From the IMG/VR virus record IMGVR_UViG_3300031472_000006, positions 1-25,769 of that record: a stretch of DNA of 25,769 nucleotides; one strand, given 5' to 3'. Shown one piece after another: positions 17,905-25,769 of this stretch (positions within the stretch are counted from its first letter, which is position 1; the number at the start of each line of letters is the position of its first letter). The notes beneath the pieces were generated by a model, which saw only the letters and a program-made list of their open reading frames with translations, had not been told where the DNA came from and did no database searches. Origin of the DNA: a virus (Duplodnaviria > Caudoviricetes). A program made the position numbers and the translations under genes.

Positions 17905-19227
17905 TCAGCCTACGTGTTCGACCATGACGGCGCGCTTGTAGGCGGCGTTGGTGGCGGTGGGGATGACCGTCGGGTTGGTGGTGGTGTCGCTGGGGGCGCA
18001 GAAGCCGCCGATCCAATACCAGGACTGGGCGATGATCTGCTGCAGGCGGTCGATCGGCTCGCGGGTGACCATGGCGATGCCGTCCACGATGCTGACGATG
18101 CTGTCCTTGGGCGCGACGTCCTCGGCGCCCATGCCGGCGAAGTCGCCTTCGATGAGGGCGCCTTTGCCGCAGATGATGGGGCGGCGGATGACTGCGCCGG
18201 GCAGCGTGGGGTGGGGCTGGACGTAGGCTTCCGTGGTGGGGATAAAGCGGAGGCCGAGGAAGTCGTTGACCATGCCCTGTTTGAAGACCTGGTTGGCGGA
18301 GGTGGCGCCCTGGAACAAGCGCTGGAAGTCCTGGTCGGCGAACAGCTGACGCGCGCTGACGGGGTCGAGGTAGCAGTTGTAGACGCCGTCGATCTCGGGG
18401 ACGGCGTTCAGGCGCAGCTTGGCGACGGCATCGAGCAGGTTGGCCATCTGGAGCGTGCTGCCGACGGCGAGCGCGGCGGTCGTGAGCGCACCGTTGGGAC
18501 GGATGACGACGGAGGCGTTGGCGGCCTGGACCGCGTTGCCCGCAGTGGCGTCGGCGACGGTGACGCTGGCGTTGAACGTGAGCGTGCCGGAAACGCCGCC
18601 GGGTGCTGTGGAAACGTTGCTGACGTCGGGAGCGGCGCCGATCAGGGTATAGGAGTTAGCGCCGACCGTAACGGTGAGGGATGTGGTGCCGCCAACCGGG
18701 GACTGCACACCGTTGACGAAGACGGTCTGGAAACCGCGGATGTCGTCCACGGCGATGGCGGGTCCGGTTGCGGCAAGAGTGATGCGGACGCGGGTGTTGC
18801 CGCCGAAATAGGGGGCGAACAGGGCGTTGCGGGCGAGCTCGTCGAGGGAGCGGGCGGCCTGCTCGCCGTTGGTGTAAGCGTTCTGCAGAAACTGGCCCAC
18901 GATTCCGACGCGCGAGGTGACCATGTTGAGGTCGGTGGTGGCGGCGTAATGATTGATGGAGATGGTGTACTGCTCGACGCCCCAGGTGGTGGGGGTGAGG
19001 CCATTATCGAGGTTGGTGTTGGTGTTAGGGGCGAGCGGGGTAGTGACAGAGGGCTTCAGGCCGGCGCGGGTTTTGGTGAGCGTCTCGCCGATGCCGACGG
19101 AGAAGTCCTCGCGGTCGGCAACGGCCCGGTAGCCGAGGCGGGAGGCGAGGGCCTGCTGGAACTCGCGCTCGAGGAAACCCTGCTGGATGATGGGCTGGAG
19201 CGCGAGGGGGAAGTTCTGGATGCCCAT
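17905..19227 (-). CDS. Major capsid protein (440 aa)
   Basis: AAGGA RBS; after the scaffold; GIGETLTKTRAGL, YNCYLDP and EPIDRLQQIIAQSW motifs reminiscent of N4-gp56/P22-coat-type capsids. Confidence 0.85.
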   Translation of the reverse strand: MGIQNFPLALQPIIQQGFLEREFQQALASRLGYRAVADREDFSVGIGETLTKTRAGLKPSVTTPLAPNTNTNLDNGLTPTTWGVEQYTISINHYAATTDLNMVTSRVGIVGQFLQNAYTNGEQAARSLDELARNALFAPYFGGNTRVRITLAATGPAIAVDDIRGFQTVFVNGVQSPVGGTTSLTVTVGANSYTLIGAAPDVSNVSTAPGGVSGTLTFNASVTVADATAGNAVQAANASVVIRPNGALTTAALAVGSTLQMANLLDAVAKLRLNAVPEIDGVYNCYLDPVSARQLFADQDFQRLFQGATSANQVFKQGMVNDFLGLRFIPTTEAYVQPHPTLPGAVIRRPIICGKGALIEGDFAGMGAEDVAPKDSIVSIVDGIAMVTREPIDRLQQIIAQSWYWIGGFCAPSDTTTNPTVIPTATNAAYKRAVMVEHVG

Positions 19228-19389
19228 GTGGGTTCCTTGAGTGGTGGAAAGCGGAATGGCGGCGGGCGCCGAATTATCGTGGGCGCAGCCGACGAAGCTG
19301 GTCGGCGTACCGGGGTGGGGCGAAACGAGGAGATTAGAAAGTCGGCTACGAAGTCGAAGGGCAGTAATCCCGGTCGGTGGAATGAAGCT

Positions 19390-19761
19390 TTAGCGGCCTC
19401 GCCGCAGGCGCTCCCGGGCGAGTTGCCATTCGCGGTAGGTCATGTCCTTGGCCATGCGAGGCTTTGCTGGCTCGGGGGTCGGGGGTGGGGCGGGGTGGCT
19501 GCTGTTCGGCTTGGTGAACAGCCACGGCTTGTCGCGCTTGAGCTGGTCCATCAGGCCGGCGGCGCCGGCGATGTTGCCGTCGACGTCGAGCTTGAGGGCG
19601 GACTGATCGAGGAGCTTGAGGCCGTCGAGGTCGATGATGCCGGCGTGGATGGCGTGCGCCTTCATTTCGGCGTGGATCAAGCGGCTGTTGGCCACGGCGA
19701 GCTGGTGCTGGAGGGCCTCGGTGGTGGGCGCGTCGGGGGACGATTCGGGAATGTCGGTCAT
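19390..19761 (-). CDS. Capsid scaffolding protein (123 aa)
   Basis: Between portal and capsid; helical N-terminus, LKRDKPWLF motif, Pro linker, C-terminal MTYREWQLAR helix; ATGA overlap with portal. Confidence 0.8.
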   Translation of the reverse strand: MTDIPESSPDAPTTEALQHQLAVANSRLIHAEMKAHAIHAGIIDLDGLKLLDQSALKLDVDGNIAGAAGLMDQLKRDKPWLFTKPNSSHPAPPPTPEPAKPRMAKDMTYREWQLARERLRRGR

Positions 19762-21188
19762 GTGCCTTCGCGGGGTTGGCTGGACAGGCCGGCGTCGGCG
19801 CGGATGCGGGCGAGTTCGGCGGGGATATCGGCGATGTCGTAGGTGCTGGCGAGCGCCTTGAGGGCGGTTTCGCGGCTGAGCTGGCCGGCGCCGGTGAGGG
19901 TGGTCAGGGTCTGTGCGTCGCGCTGACGGTCTTCGGAGGTGGCGGGATACCAGTGCGGCCAGATCAGCGAGATCGGGGCGTTGGGGTCGAGGGCGGGAGT
20001 GTCCTGGCCGGCGATGCGAAGGCGGTAGCGGGTGCTGGCGCGCAGGACCATGCGGGCGAGGGAGAGCAAGGCACCCTCGCCGTAGGAGGTGCGCAGGTTG
20101 TCGGCGAGCCAGAGCAGGCCCTGGTTCATGAGTTCGAGGGCACGGCCGGAGGTGGCGGCGGACAGGCGGGAGGCGTCGGCGCGGTTGCCGTGGACGCTTT
20201 CGAGGGCGAATTCACGCAGGGTGCGGACGTATTCGATGACGGCGGCGGCGGCGGTTCCGCCGATTTCGAGCAGCTTGGCGTCACCTTTTTCGGAGACGAT
20301 GAGGGCATTGCCGGCGCCCTTGGCGATCTCACTGTCGAGTCCGGCGGGCTCCTTGATGAGGAGGGTTGGGTCGGAGCTGTATTTGAGGCCGCGGCCGGCT
20401 TGGGAGAGCTGGTAGTCGATCTCGATGGAGGTCTCGATGGCGGCGCGGAAGGTGGATGCGCCGTCGGCGGGGTCGAGGGTCCAGGACGGGCCGGGGAGGT
20501 TGCGGACCCAGACGAGGGGAGCGAAGCCGAGGCCGTGCTGGACGGTGCGGGCCGGGTCGACGGTGAGAGGTCCGGGGGAGCCGACGGGTTGGGGTTCAAA
20601 CCAGGTTTCGGCAGATAAGTCCCAGCGGCGGGTGAACCAGTAGGCGGTGGCAGTGTCGGTGATGTCATAGCCGGCGGCGATCAGGGCGTTGCCGGAGATT
20701 TTGTAGCGCTCGGTGATGGAGGCGAGGGTATCGGGGGCGTCGGGTTGCCAGGCGGGGGTGAGGTTCACCGTGTCGAGACAGGCGAGGAAGACGCGTCCGC
20801 GGAGGACACGGAGGAGGATGGAGACGGAGCCGATTGCGCCGCGGAGGGCGGCTTCGGTCATGACCTCGTTGAGATGGGTTTCCCGGGCGAGGGCGGCGAG
20901 GGTGTCGCGGACGGGGTGATCGGGGGAGTCGATGGCGGGAAAGTGGCCTTCGGAGAACAGGAGGGCGACGCTGTCTTCGGTGACGATGCGGGCGAGGGCG
21001 TAGCGGACCGAGGGGCGGCGGAGGCGGAGCGGGATGTATTCGCCGGAGGGGGTCCGCTCGTCGTGGAATTCATGCGGGAGGGCGTCGTAGAGGGTGCCGT
21101 CCAGGACCCGGCGGAGAATGTCGAGCCGCCGGGCGCGAAGCGGCATGTCGGGGTCGGCGGGTATCAGGTCGCAGATGGATTGGAACAT
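19758..21188 (-). CDS. Portal protein (SPP1 gp6-like, 476 aa)
   Basis: After TerL; YALARIVTEDSVALLF, HGLGFAPLVW, SGRALEL and LSRETAL motifs; size. Confidence 0.88.
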   Translation of the reverse strand: MFQSICDLIPADPDMPLRARRLDILRRVLDGTLYDALPHEFHDERTPSGEYIPLRLRRPSVRYALARIVTEDSVALLFSEGHFPAIDSPDHPVRDTLAALARETHLNEVMTEAALRGAIGSVSILLRVLRGRVFLACLDTVNLTPAWQPDAPDTLASITERYKISGNALIAAGYDITDTATAYWFTRRWDLSAETWFEPQPVGSPGPLTVDPARTVQHGLGFAPLVWVRNLPGPSWTLDPADGASTFRAAIETSIEIDYQLSQAGRGLKYSSDPTLLIKEPAGLDSEIAKGAGNALIVSEKGDAKLLEIGGTAAAAVIEYVRTLREFALESVHGNRADASRLSAATSGRALELMNQGLLWLADNLRTSYGEGALLSLARMVLRASTRYRLRIAGQDTPALDPNAPISLIWPHWYPATSEDRQRDAQTLTTLTGAGQLSRETALKALASTYDIADIPAELARIRADAGLSSQPREGT

Positions 21189-21205
21189 GGGACGCCTTAG
21201 GAGGG

Positions 21206-22615
21206 CTATCGCTGAAGAAGGGGCAGATTGGCGCGGCGGGTGGGAGCGGCGGAGTCGGTGAGCATGGCGAAGGCGCGGCTGAGAGCGTCGACTTGGTCGT
21301 CCTTGGCGCCGTGGGGGAAGTCCTGCAGTTCCTCGAGAAAGGCGCGGTTCCAGGGGGCGCGGCGGAGGGCGAGGTTGCCGGCGTTGGCCTGGCTGGCGGC
21401 GGGCATGGCGCGGGTTTCCTTGGCGCCGGTTTCGGGGGAGGAGAAAACGCGGTGGCCGGCGAGGCGGGCGGTGAGGTAGCGGATTTGGGCGCGACCGGCT
21501 TGGCCGGGATCCTGGGGTAATCCGATTGGGATGAGAGGACCGTCGGCAGCTGCGGCGTCGAGGATGGCCTGCTCGACCTCGTGCGGGCCGCCGCGGAGGC
21601 GGATGACGTCGAGGACACAGAATGCGCCGTTGGCGTCGCGGGTGAGTTTGACGCCGACGGTGTAGTCGGGGTCGCGCCCGGAAGTTTCGGCGGTGGCGGC
21701 GAGGTCCCAGGCGCGAACGGTCGGGCCGATGCCGGGCTCGGTGAGGATCGGGATTTTAGCCGGGTGGAACAAGCGGCCGGTACGAAGGGTCGGGGATTGC
21801 TGGAACAGGGCGGCAAACGCGCGTTCGCCGACGATGGCGCGCTTGCGGGCGAGGGCGTCGGCGGTTTCCCACTCGGGCCAGAGAGGTTCGCCGATGGCGC
21901 GGCCGAGGGCGTCACCGGGTTCGGCGAGGGCGGGGAGGCGAAGGGTGCGCCAGGCGTCGGGGCCGTTTTGGATACGGCCGCCGAGGTCGTCGGGATGCCA
22001 GCGGGTCATGATAAGGATGATGCGGCCGCCGGGTTTTAGGCGGGTGACGAGATCGGAGCGGTACCAGGACCAGAGGTGGTCGCGTGCGGCGGGGCTGTCG
22101 GCCTCGGCCTGGGATTTGAATGGGTCGTCGATGAGAATGAGGTCGGCTCGGCGGCCGGTGATTGGGCCCCGGACTCCGGTTGCGAAATATTCAGCTTTGG
22201 TGGAGGTGGCGAAGTTGTGGGCGGCGCGGCTGCTTGGATCGAGCGCGTAGCCGAGGCGGGCGGCGTGCTGGTCGATGAGGGCGCGGACGCCGCGGCCGAA
22301 GTGGCGGGCGAGGGATGCGGTGTGGGACGCCGCGATGATGGACGAGCCGGGATGGCGGGCGAGCCACCAGGGCGGGAAGAGGAGGGAGGCGTAGGTGGAC
22401 TTTGCCGAACCTGGGGGAAGCAGGAGCATGAGTCGGTCGGTTTGTCCTCCGGCGAGGGCGTCGAGTTCGGCGAGGAGGAGGCGATGGTGAGGCGCTGGGG
22501 CTTGGCCACGGTCGGCGAGAGCCAGGGTTGCCCAGGCGAGGAGGTCGTTACGGATTGTGCGCCTGAGTGCGCGCTCCGTCGTGAGGTCGGAGGGCGTCCA
22601 GGTCTTGATCGGCAA
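21206..22615 (-). CDS. terL: Terminase large subunit; start uncertain (TTG 22615 preferred, ORF open to ATG 22717)
   Basis: Walker A PPGSAKST, ITGRRAD, Walker B ILIDDPFK, coupling motif MTRWHPDDL, nuclease RAWDLAAT and DDQVDA. Confidence 0.95.
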   Translation of the reverse strand: MPIKTWTPSDLTTERALRRTIRNDLLAWATLALADRGQAPAPHHRLLLAELDALAGGQTDRLMLLLPPGSAKSTYASLLFPPWWLARHPGSSIIAASHTASLARHFGRGVRALIDQHAARLGYALDPSSRAAHNFATSTKAEYFATGVRGPITGRRADLILIDDPFKSQAEADSPAARDHLWSWYRSDLVTRLKPGGRIILIMTRWHPDDLGGRIQNGPDAWRTLRLPALAEPGDALGRAIGEPLWPEWETADALARKRAIVGERAFAALFQQSPTLRTGRLFHPAKIPILTEPGIGPTVRAWDLAATAETSGRDPDYTVGVKLTRDANGAFCVLDVIRLRGGPHEVEQAILDAAAADGPLIPIGLPQDPGQAGRAQIRYLTARLAGHRVFSSPETGAKETRAMPAASQANAGNLALRRAPWNRAFLEELQDFPHGAKDDQVDALSRAFAMLTDSAAPTRRANLPLLQR

Positions 22616-22763
22616 GGGTTGCGAGGTCCGTGGAGGGGCGTGCGGCGAGGACGCGGGGGTGAAGGTAGGGTGCGGCGACGCGGGCGAGAGCGGCTGCGCC
22701 GTCGTAATCGCCGTCATCCCACTTGCGCTGCATAGCGGCGAGGAGGATGGCGAGGTGGATCAT
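22548..22763 (-). CDS. Putative minimal terminase small subunit (71 aa)
   Basis: First gene of the operon, overlapping terL; AAPYLHPR motif and DLATLADQDLDAL tail typical of TerS-position proteins; in-frame TAA 5 codons upstream of ATG. Confidence 0.6.
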   Translation of the reverse strand: MIHLAILLAAMQRKWDDGDYDGAAALARVAAPYLHPRVLAARPSTDLATLADQDLDALRPHDGARTQAHNP

Positions 22764-22798
22764 GTGAGGTGGTGTTTACCTCGGAGATCGTAATGAAG

Positions 22799-22845
22799 AA
22801 GGTAGGGTAGGTTGGGGCGTTTGGGTAAGGGTTATTTTCCTACAT
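22799..22845 (-). promoter_or_regulatory. Candidate promoter of the structural operon
   Basis: AT-rich patch GTAGGAAAATAACCC, then TTACCC-N18-TACCTT about 35 nt upstream of the first ATG; weak consensus. Confidence 0.3.
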
Positions 22846-22875
22846 CTTAGTTCTTGCGGCGATTGGGTTTACACC

Positions 22876-23298
22876 GGGCCGTTATGGCTGGAGTCGGATC
22901 GCATCGTCGTGGAGGGGATCTGCACCGTCTTGTCCGACACGGAGTTGTGGCATTTTGAGCTTCCCGGGAATGTTCGGCAACTTGTGATCAGAAGCCAGAC
23001 GACGATGCCGAAGCCGGGTGGGGCGGAGGGTCGGAATTTGGGCGTTGCGATCGGGGCGGTGACGATCGATCGCGAGCCATGCCCGCTGCGTTCGGTTGGG
23101 ACAGAAGACAGCGGTTGGTATCCGATCGAGTCAGCTCAGCACGGGACATGACGCTGGATGGACGGGGCGGCGACGCTTCCCGTGACTGGGCGAGAGGTCA
23201 GCATCCAGTTGGCTCATCGCGCGACGTCACATTACACGAACGGCGTGACGACTGACCCTGCAGGACTAGACAGCGGCCGAGGAAAGGGCGTTTCCTAG
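22876..23298 (+). pseudogene. Remnant resembling the C-terminal domain of alphaproteobacterial Hint-domain / glycosyltransferase-associated proteins
   Basis: FELPGNVRQLVIRS...RNLGVAIGAV...GWYPIE...GT*RWMDGAATLP; the motif GW..E....RWxDGxAxL continues through an in-frame TGA at 23149..23151; no convincing start. Confidence 0.5.
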
Positions 23299-23326
23299 TC
23301 TCAACTGGGGCGTTCGGGCAAGAATT

Positions 23327-23713
23327 ATGGTCCGCAGACTGAGGAGGTTTGTGGCAACTGTAGCCACGGCGACAACACTGGCGGCCTGTGCCGGGGGAGC
23401 TGTCGGCCGTGAGTTCGGGGGAACCCCAGCCGTGGTAGCGGGTGCGTGCCCGGAACTCATGAGCCACGGGCATACGGTACGCAGCGTGCTGACGATACGA
23501 AACGATTTGGTGGTGTTCACGCCGGCCGATGGGGTCGTTCAGCTCAGTGGCCACCTGGACAAGACGGGACGGGTGACTGCCAGCCGCAGTTCGACCGGCG
23601 CCGATCACCACCCGTTCGAAATGGTATTCGAAGGAACACTCGCCAACGACTCCGTGAGCGGCACTTTTGCGACGCCGCGTTGCCGGGCGTCGGTTAAAAT
23701 GGACGCTGTATAG
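23327..23713 (+). CDS. Putative lipoprotein (128 aa)
   Basis: Basic N-terminus, hydrophobic stretch, lipobox LAA-C; small beta-rich domain with two further Cys. Confidence 0.7.
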   Translation: MVRRLRRFVATVATATTLAACAGGAVGREFGGTPAVVAGACPELMSHGHTVRSVLTIRNDLVVFTPADGVVQLSGHLDKTGRVTASRSSTGADHHPFEMVFEGTLANDSVSGTFATPRCRASVKMDAV

Positions 23714-24278
23714 GGCGCCTCGCGACGGCGTCCCAGAGCTTGGCGGCCTGCTGATCGGTCCTGAGTGCGGCGACGATCTGATCGATTGCGCTCGCATGCC
23801 AGCGCTGGATCGCCTTGTGGTCGGCGGCGACGAGGCGGGCAAGACGCCGCCAGCTGAATAAATGGCGTCCGGTCAGAGGACTCACGAGGCAGCGGCAGCC
23901 GACAATCCGGCGCAAGACGATCTTATCGCCGGGAATAAGTGGTATCCATGAGAAGGCTTGATCCATGCGGGTGATGCGATGGGCGGGCGGAACGGGTGGC
24001 ACTGGCCGACCCTCACCGGGTGCGGCAAAGGCCTCCAGCGCGTCGCGGACGAAGTCCTGGCGGGTCTGCCGCAGTTTCGTCGTGTAGCCTGATTGTGGCA
24101 AGGAGAGCAGGGTATGACCGGCTTCTTCCAGTCGATAAATGACGGTTTCGGCGTCGTACAGCTCTTCAGACCTAGCTGGCTGTATCGAGAGGCGCGACGG
24201 ACGACGGCCTTGAGGAAGGCTACGGGGAGACGCGTCCGGATGATCATTGAGGCTCAGCGTGACTCGTGGCTCGGTCAT
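23694..24278 (-). CDS. DUF6362-like protein; candidate late-gene activator / antiterminator (194 aa)
   Basis: VIYRLEEAGHTLLSLP, PPAHRITRMDQAFSW and C-terminal HTH-like SWRRLARLVAADHKAIQRWH; sits upstream of terminase like Q-type genes. Confidence 0.7.
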   Translation of the reverse strand: MTEPRVTLSLNDHPDASPRSLPQGRRPSRLSIQPARSEELYDAETVIYRLEEAGHTLLSLPQSGYTTKLRQTRQDFVRDALEAFAAPGEGRPVPPVPPAHRITRMDQAFSWIPLIPGDKIVLRRIVGCRCLVSPLTGRHLFSWRRLARLVAADHKAIQRWHASAIDQIVAALRTDQQAAKLWDAVARRPIQRPF

Positions 24279-24300
24279 TGCAGAGATCTTTCGACTGGGG

Positions 24301-24597
24301 TCACAGGAACACTGGGTAGGGGTAGGGCTCGCCGTCGAGAATCGTGCCGGCGGTGATGGCTGCCCATGTCAGGGGATGACCGGGGGGCATGCAGGTGCGA
24401 TCTGCGCGGCATGGGGGGGAGGCTGGGCGGGAGGCGGTCAACAGGGTGGGCGGAATGCCGAGCCGCCGCGCGCGCTCGATGACGGCGCTGCGGCCGGCTC
24501 GGAGCTGGGCCGCAATCGCGTGCCAAGTTACCCCGTGGTCGCGCATCTGACGAAGCTGCTGATCGGCGTGAGCCGACCATTGAATTTTGAGGGCCAT
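24301..24597 (-). CDS. GcrA-N-like helix-turn-helix protein (98 aa), Cro-position regulator
   Basis: AGGAG RBS; WSAHADQQLRQMRDHGVTWHAIAAQLRAGRSAVIERARRLG resembles the GcrA N-terminal HTH. Confidence 0.7.
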   Translation of the reverse strand: MALKIQWSAHADQQLRQMRDHGVTWHAIAAQLRAGRSAVIERARRLGIPPTLLTASRPASPPCRADRTCMPPGHPLTWAAITAGTILDGEPYPYPVFL

Positions 24598-24614
24598 TCG
24601 TTTCTCCTACGCAA

Positions 24615-24643
24615 TAGTTAGTATGGCTAACATAGTTCGTCAA
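24615..24643 (-). promoter_or_regulatory. Candidate leftward promoter with palindromic operator GTTAG-N5-CTAAC
   Basis: TTGACG (-35) at 24643..24638; perfect inverted repeat 24617..24631 in the AT-rich gap between divergent regulators; -10 is imperfect. Confidence 0.55.
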
Positions 24644-24691
24644 ATGTTCTTATGTGGTGCAGGTGGGGCTGGAGGTTGGTGTGAGGACGGA

Positions 24692-25033
24692 ATGGTGAAC
24701 GAGACGGTCGGACATCGGATTGGCGCGCTCAGGCGCGCGGCGGGGCTATCGCAGGCGGATTTGGCGGAGCGGACCGGAGTTTCGCGAAGTGCGGTGGCAC
24801 AGTGGGAGACCGATCGTGCCGGGCAGGAACGGGACAACCTGGCCCGGATCGCGGCGGCCTTGGATGTTTCGGTCGAGGTTCTCTTGCAAGGCGACCAGGC
24901 GCGCGGGTTGCTGGTGACGATGGGAGACGAGCTGGCACTGGTCCGGCTGTATCGGGGCTGCAGCGTGCGCGACCGGGGAAAGTTGCTGCGATTGGCCCGG
25001 CAGATGGCAACGACTTCGGTGGATGGGGCTTAG
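24692..25033 (+). CDS. XRE-family HTH repressor (113 aa)
   Basis: True start ATG 24692 with GAGGA RBS; RIGALRRAAGLSQADLAERTGVSRSAVAQWE; C-terminal DELALVRLYR helix; no S24 peptidase domain. Confidence 0.9.
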   Translation: MVNETVGHRIGALRRAAGLSQADLAERTGVSRSAVAQWETDRAGQERDNLARIAAALDVSVEVLLQGDQARGLLVTMGDELALVRLYRGCSVRDRGKLLRLARQMATTSVDGA

Positions 25034-25063
25034 GACGAAGACACAGGGAAGAGGGGATGATCG

Positions 25064-25756
25064 GTGGAGCGAGGTGACGATACCGCGTTGGCGATTTGGG
25101 CGGATGAGAGGGGGGCGCTGCTGAACTCGGCGATGACGGCGGTGGAGCGGGACGAACTGGCTGCGGCTGTACGGGTGCTGACCAAGGGGAGCGGCGTGCT
25201 CTCGCGCCTGAGGGACATGACGACCGGCGTGACGGCGAGGATTGGCACCAGGGGGCTGAAGATGGTGCCCGGACTTCAGGAAACCCTGTCAGAGGTGGCG
25301 GAGGCGGCGTTGGGCCGGGCGTTCGATATCGCCATTCTTGGCTTGCCGGCCGGTACGGGCCGCGCGAACGGTCGGATGGGAGCGATGATCGTGGGAGTAT
25401 CGGGAGCGATCGGCGGGTTTACCGGGCTTGCGGGTTTTGTTCCCGACGCGTTCGTGACGACGCTTTCGATCATGCGCAGCGTGGCCCAGATCGCTCAGGC
25501 GGAGGGCGAGGATTTGTCGGTTCCGGCAAGCAGGCAGGCCTGCTTGAGGGTATTCGCGACGAGCTTGGAGGCCGGGACTAGCGGGGAGGGCGGTCCTGAT
25601 GTGAGTTATTTCATTACACGGTCGGCGCTGCAGGGGCATTCAGTCAGGGCTGTTCAACGCTCTTGCGCCACCGCGACTGAGTCCGATGTGCAACACGCGC
25701 TGCGTGAAGCGACCGTTCTACTGCGTGGGGGGATTCTCAAAGGGGGCAATCTCTGA
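25064..25756 (+). CDS. EcsC-family protein, probably 3'-disrupted at about 25645
   Basis: SGAIGGFTGLAGFVPD..VTTLSIMRSVAQIAQAEGEDLS.P..RQACLRVF...SYF motif; the expected C-terminal 'VPxIGA...N' segment is absent and the last ~37 aa look non-coding. Confidence 0.7.
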   Translation: MERGDDTALAIWADERGALLNSAMTAVERDELAAAVRVLTKGSGVLSRLRDMTTGVTARIGTRGLKMVPGLQETLSEVAEAALGRAFDIAILGLPAGTGRANGRMGAMIVGVSGAIGGFTGLAGFVPDAFVTTLSIMRSVAQIAQAEGEDLSVPASRQACLRVFATSLEAGTSGEGGPDVSYFITRSALQGHSVRAVQRSCATATESDVQHALREATVLLRGGILKGGNL

Positions 25757-25769
25757 CTCTTCGCAAAGC
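25645..25769. mobile_element. Possible end of an insertion sequence
   Basis: Abrupt loss of EcsC-like sequence at cagggctgtt; GATTCTCAAA...TCTGACTC resembles the leader of several alphaproteobacterial IS elements; no transposase visible. Confidence 0.3.

Larger units (their letters stand above)
1..25033 (-). mobile_element. Phage-derived head + contractile tail gene cluster with its regulatory switch (GTA-like element or cryptic prophage); continues beyond the left edge
   Basis: Colinear terminase-portal-scaffold-capsid-neck-sheath-tube-chaperone-baseplate-fibre genes, tightly packed on the minus strand, several with stop/start overlaps; no integrase or replication genes in the window. Confidence 0.9.

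Noticed and set aside
17914-19842. 642-aa plus-strand ORF and other long plus-strand ORFs (1888..2814, 5239..6165, 8260..9138, 9742..10731, 16009..16854, 19776..20618)
   Set aside because: Antisense shadows of high-GC minus-strand genes; no motifs, and they fully overlap well-supported phage genes
24611-24635. CtrA box
   Set aside because: Does not match TTAA-N7-TTAA; better explained as an inverted-repeat operator
1-25769. tRNA/rRNA genes, att sites, integrase, lysis cassette, fibre invertase
   Set aside because: None recognisable in the window; they could lie beyond the left edge

Overview
High-GC, alphaproteobacterial-looking DNA; an Acetobacteraceae-like host is inferred from the gene families. 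About 22.8 kb is one minus-strand operon encoding a complete myovirus-type particle. In transcription order it holds a very short small-terminase candidate, large terminase, portal, scaffold, major capsid, neck proteins, sheath, tube, tail chaperone with a -1 frameshift, an HK97-gp10-like gene, a short Pro-rich tape-measure-like gene, a P2/Mu-like baseplate, then a fibre, an adaptor, two tailspikes and an SGNH esterase running off the left edge. Upstream there is only a compact switch (XRE repressor divergent from a GcrA-like HTH and a DUF6362-like activator candidate), a lipoprotein and a gene remnant, followed by a host-type EcsC-family gene. No integrase, replication or recombination genes and no att site are visible, so the best hypothesis is a domesticated, GTA-like contractile-tailed element rather than an ordinary prophage. 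This is inference: lysis or integration genes could lie beyond the left edge. Two genes are missing from the ORF track (1..315, 12641..13018) and several more are hidden inside mis-started ORFs. Three single-base lesions in the operon (amber in the head-tail adaptor, ATC start in the gp10-like gene, G7 frameshift in a tailspike) indicate early decay, regulation or sequencing error. Family assignments come from motif recognition and synteny, not database searches.
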